DNA of 64,000 nucleotides from the human T2T-CHM13v2.0 reference genome, Homo sapiens (GCF_009914755.1 NC_060933.1), one strand, 5' to 3'; counted from the first letter of the stretch, positions 13,462-36,575 are shown. Notes: generated by a model not told the origin, from the sequence alone. Numbers and translations are program-made.

Positions 13462-16400
13462 TACCCTCCCGTCGTCCTTCTGCGGCTTGGGGCCCCGTGC
13501 AGTGGCCGAGCGGCCGGTCGTTAGCTCCGGGCTTTTCCTGGCGCTCAAGAACCAGCGGGCGCGCCTGGATTGCTTCTGGGAAAAAGCGCCTAGCGCGGAC
13601 GCAGCCGAGCTCAAAGCCGCTCTGGCCGCAGGGTGCGGACGCGTCGCGGAGTCCTCACTGCCCCGCCTCGCTCTGGCAGAGTGGGGAGCCAGCCGGCAAA
13701 GAATTCCGTTTTCAGCTGGGCCAAGGGGCCGGCGTCTCCCCACCCCCTTAGGCTCCGCCCCCTGTCCGCTGTGATCGCCGGGAGGCCAGGCCCGGGCCGA
13801 CGCGTCACGAGGGCGGGGAAGCCTGCCCAAAGATGCTAGGACGCATGCGCCAGAGACTGGGCCAGGGAGCCGCCAGGAATGCTGGCTGCACTGCTCGCTG
13901 GATGTCCAGTAAAGCCAAGGCTAATATTTTGGGAATGTTCACCACTGCCCTCAGCTCCTAATCCCCAGTAGGCGGAGCAGAGGATTTCTGTTCCTTCAGC
14001 CAGCCAGTTGGTTTCACTGTGGAGACGTTGGTGGCTCCCTTGTGACCGAGAGAAAGTCATTCAAAATAACTCCGTCTTTCTTAAGATGTCTGAAAGCGAC
14101 AGCTCTGCACCTGTCATACAAGTTAAATTCATCCCCAGGCAGTACTTGGGCTTCACAAGTTTCATAACTTGTATCAAACTTAGCAATTTTCTCTTGGATG
14201 TGTCTTTCTGTTTGAATTAGTCAACCATAAAAATAGAGAAAAATCCCGAGAATCATGTTTTGCGTGTGCTTTTTAATTCTTTCCATTTTTGCATTATGGA
14301 TACAACCCTTAAAAGAGAAAAAAACTAGTTCGAGATTGAGAGTGGCAACCTGGCACACATAAGACAAAAAAAAATTATACTGTAAGAATCTGAGATCCCA
14401 GTTTCATCATATTTGTACAGTAAATCTTTGTTTGCACTCTTACCTATTTAAACCCACTTTGTCAGGTATCTTATTTTTATTTATCATGAGTAATAAAGGA
14501 AATTTATGCAGTAATAATGAAACATCATAAGAGAGGGGTGTGGTGCTGGGCTTGTCATTAAACAGGCTGAACCTGTCATTAAATTCTCTTCTGAAGATTT
14601 AAATGCCAAGTGCTTTTTTTCCCCTTCCTAATCTTCCTAGGTGAGTTTGAATCAACATTTATTACTTAAAATATTTAAAACATTTCAGCGGATGCTACAT
14701 TGGATAGGAAGAGAACCGCAAGTTATGGATTTGTTGCCTAAAAACTTTGGTGAGGAACTGCATAAGTGGACCTCTCCTAAAAGTGAACAATTTTTGTTTA
14801 CAGAATCATTTTGGTTCGGAGTGCTGAGGAAGACAAAGTCTTAACAGGAGGGCAATTGCTTGTGTATTGCAAAATGAGAGTCTTCACATGTTTTTTTTAG
14901 GATACCTTAGCTCTGACTCCTCATCCCCCAAATCCCTGTAGAATTAAAAAAAGCTCTTTCTTTTAAAGGCAGTGGAAGTGCCACCACCATGGAAGTGCTG
15001 GTTAGGGCTGAAAATCTACTGACAGAGCCTCAACAGAGCTGAAATCCACCTGGACAGGGAAGGGAACCGGGTAGCATTAATAACAATTTCTTTTTCTTTC
15101 CCATCCAACCCCCATTTCCTAGTCTTCAGTTTCTTAATTTCTCTACCTTTTACTCTTATGCTCTTGTTTTGACCTTTGAGTTTCTCTGAAACTTATCAGA
15201 AAAGTTAGGACAAGATAGTCTGACCCAATTCTTGAGCCATTTTCTTAGGTAGTAAATATGTCAGAAAAATGAAAGCTGTTTGGAGTTGATAAGGAAATGG
15301 AAGATAATGTTTTTCTTTGAGGGGGACATAAAGAATGGTGATAGGGAAAGAACCAATGACTAAGTAAAATGACTGAGAATCTTGCACGAGGCAGATGTGT
15401 GAGCTTCGCGAAGCAAGTTGACTGAATGAAAAACAACTTTGGGTAGGGAAAACGTTGCCGGGGGCATTCGCGCTTACTAGCACCACGGACAGCGCTTTGC
15501 TTATACTCAGGCCTGGGTGGTCCTAACCAGCTCCAGACAGAATTCTAAAGCTTCACACTTGATCTTCCAAAGCCCCTTTTCTCCCGTCAAATAGAAAGGA
15601 CATTATGGAAGCTCAATGAATTTCTTTGAAAAACCAACCTGCTCAACCTGGTTTTCAAATATGATTGGATTTTATCTAATATTCTCTGTATAAAGAATAT
15701 TATATAGTCTATATTTAGAAGACGAGAAGAGAAATCAAACTTATTGTGTACTCTGTACGAAGTGCTTTACAGCTGTTGTTTCATTTAATACTCATAAAAC
15801 TCCTCTGTGGCATGTGTCCATATTTCAATTTTACAGACAAGCCAAAAGGATCAGAGAATTTGAGTGACTTGTATACTAGCTAATCATTGTTGGAGGTGGG
15901 TATAACTTTTGCGACTTCAGAGTCTTTTTACCCTTTATACTACATAGTGTTTTTTTTAGCAGCTGTCATGGTAGGCTTAACTGGAAAAAAGTAATAAACT
16001 GGCTTATAATTATTTTTCAGTCTACACTGTGTTTTCCAGATGGCTCACCTCACAGCACACCCTTACCAGACTTCAAAGATGACATTTCACATGTAATACA
16101 ATAGCACATTTGTCTTGGACAATAGAGTGAGATTATGAAACATTTTACCTCTCCTTGAAACCCAGCTGTCTCTAGGGTGAAACACAATCTGTTGTTAATG
16201 CTTTAAACACATTTAAAAGATGAAGTGGATGGGAACATAGTGGGCAGCTGAAACTTGGAATTGTCAGAGCCATGTCTTTTAATAAGGTGGAGAATTTATA
16301 ATTGAGAAGAAAGAAAGAGAAAGTTAATGGTAAATTGGCATAGAATTTTGGAGGTCAGTAGAAGGGAATGAGTGGCATCCATTCCAATGTTGCACATAAC

Positions 16401-16481
16401 TCAGATCACTAGTAATAATATTTTTATATTCTAGTTGGTGAAATTGTCTGTATATGACCTTGATATAGAAGTATGAACAGA

Positions 16482-17009
16482 TCTGCCATCCTCTTTTTCT
16501 TCAGCGAGGCAGCCGAGCTGCAGACACAGAGATGCAGATCTTTGTGAAGACCCTCACGGGCAAGACCATCACCCTTGAGGTCGAGCCCAGTGACACCATT
16601 GAGAATGTCAGTGCGAAAATTCAAGACAAGGAGGGTATCCCCCCTGACAAGCAGCGTCTGATATTTGCCAGCAAACAGCTGGAGGATGGCCGCACTCTCT
16701 CAGACTACAACGTCCAGAAACAGCCCACCCCGCGCCTGGTGCTGCACCTGCGAGGTGGCATTATTGAGCCTTCACTCTTCCAGCTCACCTAGAAATACAG
16801 CTGAAACAAGATGATCTGCCATAAGCGCTATGCTCTCCTGCACCCCTATGCTGTCAATTGCCGCAAGAAGAAGTGTGGCCACACCAACAACCTGCACCCC
16901 AAGAAGGTCAAATAAGGCTCTTCCTTCCTCGGAGGGCAGCCTCCTGCCCAGGCCCCATGGCCCTGGAGCCTCAATAAAGTGTCCCTTTCATTGACTGGAA
17001 AAAAAAAAA
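16482..17009 (+). pseudogene. UBA52P6: Processed pseudogene of UBA52 (ubiquitin-ribosomal protein eL40 fusion)
   Basis: 5' TOP-like leader, intronless CDS remnant 16532-16915 with in-frame TAG (codon 87) and TGA (codon 91), AATAAA at 16973, A-tail, and TSD aagtatgaa(c/t)aga at 16469-16481 and 17008-17020. The pseudogene number is from recall. Confidence 0.93.
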
Positions 17010-17312
17010 GTATGAATAGAACTGGTTGACTGGCCAAGAGAAACAGCGACCTAACCTTGCCCTCATTTATGCACACTTTTGCATATGATTAGGACTAAGA
17101 TAGTGTTTATAAGTGAGAAGAGAAGGAAATTCATAATCACTTTTGGGGCTTTTTCAAATTTTTTATGAACACACCTTCCCACCAAGAGGTTTGATTTTCT
17201 CCATTTTATGAGTTGGGTTTATTGCTCCGTGATCCACAGTATATCCACTTCTATATTCCCATGTATTTTTCAAGATTAATTAAATGGTGGACTTGTTCAT
17301 CATTTTAGTATC

Positions 17313-17682
17313 CGTATTAGTTTGCTAGGGCTGCCATAACAGAATACCACAGACTGAGTAGCTTAAACAACAAATATTTATTTTCTCAGAGTTTTAACTT
17401 CTCCTGAGGCTTCTCTTCTTGACTTGCACATGGCCATCCTACTGCTGCCTCTTCACATAGTCATCCCTCTGTGCACACGTGCCCCTGGATCTCTTGTGTG
17501 TGTCCAAATTTCCTCCTCTTTTGAGGACACCAGTCAGATTGGATTAGGGCCCACCCCAATGGCCTTATTTTAACTTAGTCACTTCTTTAAGGGCTCTATT
17601 TCCAAATACGGTCAAATTGTGAGGTATTGGGCTTAGGACTTTAATATAAAAATTTAGAGGTGACAGAATTTAACCCATAACA
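17313..17682 (-). mobile_element. MLT1 (MaLR) solo LTR
   Basis: gtattagtttgctagggctgccataac...ggattagggcccacc...aacccataaca. Confidence 0.8.
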
Positions 17683-17827
17683 ACAGCATCTTAATTTTTA
17701 CACATTTTACTTTTCATTTCTTTTTAAACTGTTATTAATAATTTATTCATTTGAATAAGGATTAAAATAAGGCTAGGATATTGAAATTTGTTGAAATTGC
17801 TACAGTCTCTTGTATCTCTCTCTCTCT

Positions 17828-18127
17828 CTTTTTTTTCTTATAAGGGACAGGTTTCATTCACCTTGTCGACCAGGCTGGAGTGCAATACTGTGAGCAAGGG
17901 TCACTGCTGCCTCGAATTCCTGGGCTTAAGGGATGCTCCTGCCTCATCCTCCAGAGTAGATGGGACTACAGGTGTTGGCCACCATGACTGGCTAATATTT
18001 TTACTTTTTTGAAGAGATGAAGTCTTGCCATCTGGCCCAGGCTGGTCCCGAACTCCTGGGCTCACACAATTCTTTCACCTCGGCCCCCCAAAGTGCTGGA
18101 TTGCAAGTGTGAACCACTGCACCTGGC
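17828..18127 (-). mobile_element. AluJ-like (diverged), antisense
   Basis: T-rich tail followed by caggctggagtgca...caaagtgctgga. Confidence 0.85.
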
Positions 18128-18531
18128 GTCTTGTTTCCTCTTAATCTACAGTTTCCCCCTTTTGCCTTCTTTTTTTTTCTTTTAATTTATCTATTGCAGA
18201 AATTGGCTTTATCTGTAGTTTTCTAAAGCTTGGATTTTGCTGAATGCTTCTTTATAATGACACTTAACATTTTTCTTTGTCATTTGTATTTCTCATAACT
18301 TATTATTTAGGCCTAGAGTCTGTATGTGATTCAGGTTTGATATTTGGGCAAAAGTATTTAATAAGTGGGATTACGTACTTTCACCAAGAGACACATAATA
18401 TGGTTGTCTCTTTCTGTGATTCTAGCAGCCATGGATAATTATTTCATAGATTATTATTTTCTTGGGGATGGCAAAATGGTGATATTCTAATTTTACTATT
18501 CCTTCATTTACTAGGTGGAATGTCTTTTTAA

Positions 18532-18841
<310 letters not shown>

Positions 18842-18982
18842 TGGAATATTTCTATATAGAAAGTTCTCTTCATTATCTACTTCATTGCTTTCAGGTATAT
18901 GTAAGAAAGACAGGATAAACCACTAGATTTTGAAATGTATTTATAAATTTTCAAAATAATGAGTTGAGTCCTAGAATCTTTC

Positions 18983-21194
<2,212 letters not shown>

Positions 21195-21521
21195 TAGCAT
21201 CTTTCAAAGGTGACTAATGATTTTAACATTATTACTATAAACCTATAGATTTAAACATAATTGCTATGTTTTAACCCATTATAGTTATTATTCCTGTTGA
21301 TGATCAAGCTCTATCTTTGGCCAGTGGGAGCCTCTGCAAATTGATTAGTGAATCTTTTTGACATGGAACTATTAGTCTTTGACAAAATCTTTGATTTCTG
21401 GTATGACAATATATTCCAGTTTTATCTTATATACTTCCAGTCCTATACATAATATTAACTTTTTTTCAAAGAATTACTTGTTTTATTTTTAGTGGGAAAT
21501 GGCATTTAAAATAAGGAAGTT

Positions 21522-21722
21522 GGCGAGGCGCAGTGGCTCACGCCTGTAATCCCAGCACTTTGGGAGGCCGAGGCGCGCAGATCACAAGGTCAGGAGTTCG
21601 AGACCAGCCTGGCCAATATGGTGAAACCCCATCTCTACTAAAAACAAACAAAATTAGCCAGACGTGGTGGCACACACCTGTAGTCCCAGCTACTCAGGAG
21701 GCTGAAGCAGAAAAAAATAAAT
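21522..21722 (+). mobile_element. AluS lacking the distal right arm
   Basis: Left arm, linker and ~55 nt of the right arm, then an A-rich tail. TSD aaaataaggaagt. Confidence 0.85.
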
Positions 21723-22426
21723 AAAATAAGGAAGTCTGCCTATATGGGTTATCTACCTCTTTTTTAGGGCTCAACCTACCCGTTTCACACAAACCCAACT
21801 GAATTCGGACTCTATATGTGCTAGGCAAGTTTGAGCTTTTTCAGGTGTACACACAGGGTTTACTGAACTCTGGCATATAATTATTTATTTATTCATTTTA
21901 TCAAGTTTTGTCCTATCATTGAAACTCGTTCTTGAATAAAGTTATTATATTTAGTTCAGTTACAGCAGACACCCCATTTTGAAAACATTATGTCAACATT
22001 GGCTTGTGTACCTTGTCACATCAGTAATGTACAGTTCTCATTTACCAGAAATTTTTATATGAACAACATATTGAAGTTATTAAGTTAATGAATTCTGCCA
22101 AGGTATTGGTATATATTTGTTCATTATAAGCATTTAAAAACAAAGGAACCTTTTAAAGTTGAAGATAATTTAATGGGCCATTGCATGCAAAGAGGTGTTG
22201 CATTAGTAACCAACCTTAAACTACTGCTGAAACAACTTTATGCTTGAGTTAGATATGTTGATGGGAGCCAATAATTGTGAAATTTGTGTATCCAGACTCT
22301 CTTCTGCTCTGTTCTTAATGGATCTAGTGTTAATGTTAGAATCTAGTGCATTTCACAACTGTTGCTATTATAGATGGAATATCAGGAGGGGTAGTGAGGT
22401 ATTGAGATAGATGAAAACATTTTCTA

Positions 22427-22641
<215 letters not shown>

Positions 22642-22752
22642 GTTTTCTCCACAGCTTTGGATCCTGATGACTTTTTTTTTTTTAATTGTTACTTTCAACT
22701 TCCTTGCTTTGACTGAAGCCATACTTACATATTACTGATAACATATGCCATG

Positions 22753-23046
22753 GGCCGCGCATGGTGGCTCACGCCTGTAATCCCAGCACTTTGGGAGGCC
22801 GAGGCGGGTGGATCACCTGAGGTCAGCAGTTCAGACCAGCCTGGCCAACATGGCGAAACCCCGTCTCTACTAAAAATACAAAAATTAGCTGGGCTTGGTG
22901 GTGGGCTCCTGTAATCCCAGCTACTCGGGAGGCTGAGGGAGGAGAATCGCTTGAACCTGGGAGGCAGAGGTTGCCTGTGCACTCGGGCCACTGCCGTCCA
23001 GCCTGGGTGACAGCGCAAGACTTCATCTAAAAACAAACAAAGAAAA
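22753..23046 (+). mobile_element. Full-length AluS
   Basis: Both arms, A-rich tail, imperfect TSD aacata..ccatg. Confidence 0.92.
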
Positions 23047-23189
23047 ACATAATCCATGTATGTGATGTAAAGAGCGCCAACATGTTTATATCCTCCTATT
23101 TCAATCTACTTTTACTTCATCTACATTTTTAGCAATAATGTGAACATGAAATCTTGAAAAATTAGCTATCTGTAATATATTTACTCATC

Positions 23190-24060
23190 CACTCAAAATA
23201 TTGAGCCCCCCCAATAAATATCATACACTATATTCTAGGTACAGGTGATAAACAATTCAGAGAGTATTAATTTCAAAACATGGTAAGTGCATAGTGAGAG
23301 AGCTGATCTGGTCTGGTGGTTGAGGGAATCAAGAGATATTTGAGTTGAGGTCTGCAGTATTATAGAAAATTAACTAATCAAAAGAGAGGCAGTCATTCCA
23401 AGGAAGGGGATGTGAGTCAGAAGAAACTGCATGTGGCAAGCTCTGAGGTGGGACAAAGCAAGGACATATTGAAGGAATTGTGACTGGAGCATAGGGATGG
23501 AGGAAAACATTGTAGCTAGCTGAGAAATAAGCATGGAAAAATGTTGTAGAGCTGTATAGGCCATGTTAGGACTTTTGTCTTTATCTTAAGGATAAGCCAT
23601 TGATGTGTTTATAAAGACACATGATGTGATCAGATTTTCAGTTAAATTTAAAAAATACTTGGAATGCATTTTGGAGAATGGTTTAGGGGAGAGGCAAGAG
23701 TGGATTCTGTGGGCCAGTAGTTCAGAGGATAGGTTATGGTAGCTTGGACTAAAGTGCCTGAGCCAAGATGGAGAGAAGTAGATTGCTTTAAGACATATTT
23801 AAAGAATAACATCAGCACTTAGCAATGAACTGGAGATGGAAGATGAGGGAAGGGAAGGTGTTAGGCAGGTTTTTACAATGAGAGAGGTTGGTGATCATGG
23901 TCACCAAGGTAGGGAATGCTGGATGAGGATGCAGTTTAAGGTGAAGATTATGAGTTCAGGTTCAGCAAAACTGAACTTGAGACATGGTGAACTATCAAGG
24001 TGGAGATATCCAGTGAAAGTTAGAGAGAGGGGTCTAGAGCTCAGGGAGGAGTGTGTATCC
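23190..24060 (-). mobile_element. L2 LINE (degenerate)
   Basis: Purine-rich antisense L2 motifs (ggacttttgtctttatcttaag, ttggactaaagtg, gatggagagaagtag). Confidence 0.6.
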
Positions 24061-24254
24061 CTAATTTAGACTAATTTGCATTAACAGCTGTAGTAATGCA
24101 ATTTTCTCTGTACTGAAATGCAGACATTTGAGTATAGAAAATTAGCAGACATTTGAATATAGAAGAAAGATTTACTTTCCTTCAGAAAAAGAATAGTAGA
24201 GTATAAAGAATAATATTTAATCCTAGGAATTAATACCAAACCCTTTAAAAAAAA

Positions 24255-31535
<7,281 letters not shown>

Positions 31536-33810
31536 TGCCCTAAACCTTTCTAGCAAAAAAAAAAAAAAAATTAATAACATGTTGATCTACCGCTTCTCTC
31601 TCTTTAAATTTATTTAATCATTATGAATTTTTTTACATTTATTTACATTGTTAAGCTGTTTTATTTTAAAAATTCTAGGTCCAGCTCTTCCTGGATTGCT
31701 TTTATATAAGGAACATATCTCATGAAATAAATAAAATTCACATTCAAATGCAGAAGAATCTATTGGAAAAAACTCAGAGGACAGGATAAAAGCACTCAGA
31801 AAAAATGCCAGGAGAAGGCGTTTATCACATAATATCGCTGATAAGAGTCTCTCGAAAATTTTTCTCTCTATTCATTCTTACCAAATATAGAAAGTGAACA
31901 AAACAATATTAGTATTAGAAAAAACATCTAAAAATAATGACCTTTCTGAATGAAGACTGCTTTTTTCATGGTTACTCTTTTTGGGGTACAGTTCTATGTT
32001 GATTTATCCAATTTATCAAATAGCCATTCAGCAAATATTTATTGAGTGTCTGTTATGTCACAGGCACTCTTTTCGGTCCTCAAAATACATCCGTGACAAA
32101 GAGTAAAAGATTCCTGTTCATGGCTCTTACATTCCAGGAGGGATAGCAATTTCTTTTGTAAAGTTAATCACACAACAGAAATGTGAAATAATATTGATGC
32201 TGTAAGGAAAGGAAAAATAAATGAAATAAATTGAAAAAGAAATGTGAAGGAATAATTAAAAGAGGCTATATTTTATTGAATAAAAATAAAAGAGGCTATG
32301 TTTTATTGAATATGCTCCATGTTTTATACTATATCATAAAACATACAAGATCTGGCTTTTAAGAAATCAATATCTTCATCAATATCTTCATTCAGACTCA
32401 TCTAGATTAGATTACTCTGAATCTAATCACATAGAGACTTGTCTGACAAATCCAGATTTTTTGGACGTTCTGCAGGACTATTTGTCAGGATATTTCACAG
32501 GATTCCAAGAAATAATATTGGTGTCCATGCTATAATGATTCCTCAGCTCCTCCCATCTGATAAAATATTGATTTCTTATACATATAAAACATATAAAAAT
32601 ATTTAAAATATTTTTTGTTATATGAGTGAATCAATAATAAAACCACTATCTCAATAATCATCAACTGATTGCAAACTGATTGTTCATCTCAGAAAAACCT
32701 TGGCAGAGTTAAAATAAAAGTTTCAAAATACAGAACTTAGTACCAAAATTAAGGCAGTGTTAGGTTTCTAATTTTGCTATTCACATGTTAAATGAATTTT
32801 CAAAATTCAGTAGCTAATACTAGCTAGGGTTTTAAACAAGACATAGTTAAAATGAAACTTTAAAAAAAGAATCATAAACTTCAGTATCATCATGATGGCA
32901 GTTTTAGGATTTTAATGTTGACACCCTAGTCTCAAATTTGTACTTAATGTGGTTATATAGCTAGGCAGTGCTGGAGTGAAAGTTTCAAAACAAATTAAAA
33001 TCAAAAGTTAAGAAAAAAATATGAAGGCAATTTTAAGGTGTTTAATTTGGCACTGTAGTTTCAAAATAGTACCTGAAACTTAACAGCAAAGTATCAGATT
33101 CATTTATAAAACAATGTGACTGATCTTTATGTATGGTTTGTGAAACATTTATGCAGTGTCACTTCAGAAAACTCTGCCGTTATAGATTTGAATTGATTAA
33201 GGATATCCACTCCTTTCCTTGGCATGATACAAATAAATTACTAAAGTATAATTGTAACAATGATAAATATAAGTGACAATACCACCATATTACTATGAAA
33301 CACAGATTGATTATGGTATAATACAATTTAGCATCTCCATATTTTTGAAAATGAACTTGTTTCTCTAACTGGCTTAATTTGGGACAATTTGGACATCAAA
33401 AAGAATGATGATGCAATTTAAACCATACAAAAATTAAAAAAAAAAAATCCAAGGGACGGTGGTGAAAGTCTTCTTTCTAGAAGAATAGCAGCTAATATAC
33501 ACAGAACGAATCTTAGAATTAGAAAATCACTATATTTTGATCCCCTTCCCCAAAGGGTGACAAAACCATTGGTAGACAGTGGTTGAGAAACAGAATAGTC
33601 TCAGGATATCACTCCGTAGATTTATTCATTAATTAAAAAGAGAAAATGTGCTTTGAGAGAGAGAAAGCTATTACCGTCTTTATCAAATAGGAGAGCCTGA
33701 TCATGTGTGGTCTGAAGTTTATCTAATGGGATTCCTGATGGAATGTTTAGTCTGAATCTAATCACATAGAGACTTGTCTGACAAATCCAGATTTTTTGGA
33801 TGTTTTGCAG

Positions 33811-33972
33811 GACTATTTGCCACAACATTTCAAAGGATTCCAAGAGAGAATATTGGTGTCCATGCTGTGATGATTCCTCAGCTCCTCTCATCTGATCTCC
33901 GTCCTGGCCCCCATGACTTTCTTTGTGGTAGTTAGGGTGTGGTATGTGCCACTGAGGCCCACACCTATTGCT
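33811..33972 (+). ncRNA. CDKN2B-AS1: ANRIL exon 2 (162 nt)
   Basis: tgttttgcag|GACTATTTGCC...ACCTATTGCT|gtaagt. Confidence 0.9.
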
Positions 33973-36054
33973 GTAAGTGCTGTTTGGGAAACCATCATCT
34001 TTCAGGTCTGTGTGATAAAAGAAGAGCCTTGGGGAAATGTTCTCTTCCAAATTTAATCTTTACATTATTAGAAAATATTTTGATGACCTGTTTTCAAATA
34101 TTTTCTTATAACTTTCCATTTTCATGTGTTTATTCTGACAGTTTATTTTATCTTGTATTTATAATCACTAAGATGTTAGTATTGTAATATTAATATTACA
34201 TGATTTAAATTAGGAAAAATGTGTTTTCTATTACAAAATGGATAGTGGATAATTTAAGTATAGAAAGTAATATTTTCTATATGGGACTATTTCACTCTCT
34301 GTAATATCCTGAATTCTAATTCCCACTGTAGTGAGCTATAACTTTACTAATCAGTTTTCTTACAATCGATTTTAAGTCTATTTTGTTAGATCTAAAGACA
34401 TAAAGTCAAAAGTTCTTCTTGAAGAGAAGCACATTTCAGTTACGTTTATAACTTGAAATATCTGGTTTTACTCAAAACTCACATGTCATACTGAAAAACA
34501 GAAGGGAGATGTTGTCTTTTCTTGAGGAGAGACTTCTCTGCAGTTAAACAGCTCACCACATGTTTAGAGTACATAGACAATACACTTCCTCTTTTGTAAT
34601 GTAGATTTCAGCTTTTTGCTTGTAGAATTATCATTGGCGTGGAGGTTATACAGGGGAAGTAGTGAAAAATGTAGCCAATACCAGGAACCTTAGGAAGTGT
34701 CTGAACTTCATCTTTTCTGTGTTCCTTTGCCCTTAGGGGGTCAGTGTAAGAGTTTGGGCTAGGAAGAGATTGCTTCTTTTACTCTATTTAGTTTGTACTT
34801 CCTATCTGGGTATTTGGCAATAAATGACTCATTCTCTTTGTTTGCCCTGGTGTTGAAAAATTTTCCCATATGCCAGAGAAAAAATGTTACAGTGACACAA
34901 TGTAAAATTGTAAGAGGTGGAAAAAGATGAGGTATGGACATAGTGAATGGAAGTTCAGCCCTTTAAAACTACTGGCAGAGTAGATTTTACTCAGGCTTCA
35001 ATTAAGTAGACCTGAATGTAAATTCAGGTCTAGCTCTGCAACTTACTAGGTAAGTGACTTTAGTCCTCTTTAAGATTTAGTTTCCTCATTACAGGATATA
35101 ATAATACTATTTTTCTTATGAGGTAAGTATTAATTGAAATAGTATATGTACATTCTAGCATACAGTGATCCCCTAATAAATGGAACTTATCATTAATACA
35201 TTGCTAGGAAAAGAAAAACACATCAGGGAACAAAAGATATAACTGTCTTATTGATAACAGGGGATGGATTCTTGTGGACAAAAAAATTTAGAATTGAATT
35301 TTCAAGGGGTCATTTCTTTCACCAGGTGTAGTTAGGTTTGCTCTTATGGTAACAATGAATATGTTTGTTTAGCTTCTTAAACCAGCATCATGGAACGTTA
35401 ATTAATAAACAGAATTCAATGTATTTGTGGGGCATTTTATTTTTTATGCAATCATTTGTATATATCACCTTCACAATGCATGCCACATTCTCAGACCACC
35501 TATTATGTTATTTTCTTAACATTTTTCTTCAAATTCACTCACCCTTTTAAAAACTTTACTGAAGTCTCACTTAAGCACATAATTTGTAAAATCATGGGTT
35601 TGTTGTGCAAGTTTTGTTTTTCTAATACACTCTAAAACAAATACCTTAAAAGAGTTACACCTACAGTCCATATACCACCCATAATCATCTCAAGTACCTC
35701 CAGTGCTTGTTACTGCACTTTGGAAAACACTAACATACATTATTCTCATTAGTTTTTATAATAGTTATATGAGGTGAATAGAGAAGGCATAACTATACCC
35801 ATTTTAAAGATGAGAAAAGCAGGTTCATGGATAAAATCTCATAGTAAATTGCTAGAATTGGTCCTGATACTCATGCTTTCTTTAGATCAACCCAGTGCTC
35901 TTACTGTAATTGATACCAAATTCTTTAAGGAAACTTAGAGCTAAAAGTAAAATTTTTTGTATTTAGACCTGATTATTTTGTGGTAATTTGAATATAGGTC
36001 AATATGAAAAAAAATAAAAGATGAAACAAAGAAACTGAGAGCAGATCACCAAGT

Positions 36055-36575
36055 TGCGGTAGGTTAGCCTAAGATAGCTTTTGGTTTTCTCAGCCTTCTA
36101 CTATTCACAGCTTTGTGTAATCCCCTCCACTTGAGTATCTTGCTCATACCAATAGAATATGGTAGTAGAGTAGAGGTCACCTCTCTGATAAGTTTACAGA
36201 AGATTGCGACCTCCGTCTTGCCAGAGTACTTCCTCTCTTGCTGGTTTTGATGAAGCAGGCTGCCACAGAAGAGAGGCTCACATGGCAGGGACCTGAGGGC
36301 AGCCTCTGGCCAACAGCAAGCAGTAAACAGATGCCCTCAGTTCAATATCCCTCAAAGAAATGAATCTTACCAACAGCCAGTTGTGTTAGCTGGGAAGCAA
36401 ATCTTTCCCTAAGGGAGATTTCAGATGAGGCCCCCAGCCTTGGTAGACACCTTGATTGCAGTCTTGTGAGAGATTGTGAAGCAGAGCTATTCTCAGAGTT
36501 CATGGGTGTTTTAAGCTATGAGGTTTTTTTTGGGGGGAGAATGGTCATTTGTGATTCAGCTATACATAAGTCTAC
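36055..36575 (+). mobile_element. MLT1E/F-like MaLR LTR
   Basis: gtgtaatcccctccacttgagt, cacatggcagggacctgagggcagcctctggccaacagc, gacaccttgattgcagtcttgtgaga. Confidence 0.7.

Larger units (their letters stand above)
13050..13900 (-). promoter_or_regulatory. CDKN2B: CDKN2B CpG-island promoter (TATA-less, Inr near 13680-13690, Sp1/KLF GC boxes)
   Basis: Dense CpG. GGGGGCGGAGCC at 13751-13762 (minus), GGGCGGGG at 13811-13818, Inr-like CCCCACTCT on minus. Confidence 0.85.

Noticed and set aside
32257-32390. Short 30-bp and 12-bp tandem duplications
   Set aside because: Two-copy slippage events in AT-rich DNA with no spacer structure. Not a CRISPR-like array.
33622-34050. 142-aa minus-strand ORF antisense to ANRIL exon 2
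   Set aside because: Starts at TTG, has no recognisable motif, and part of it is the local duplication.
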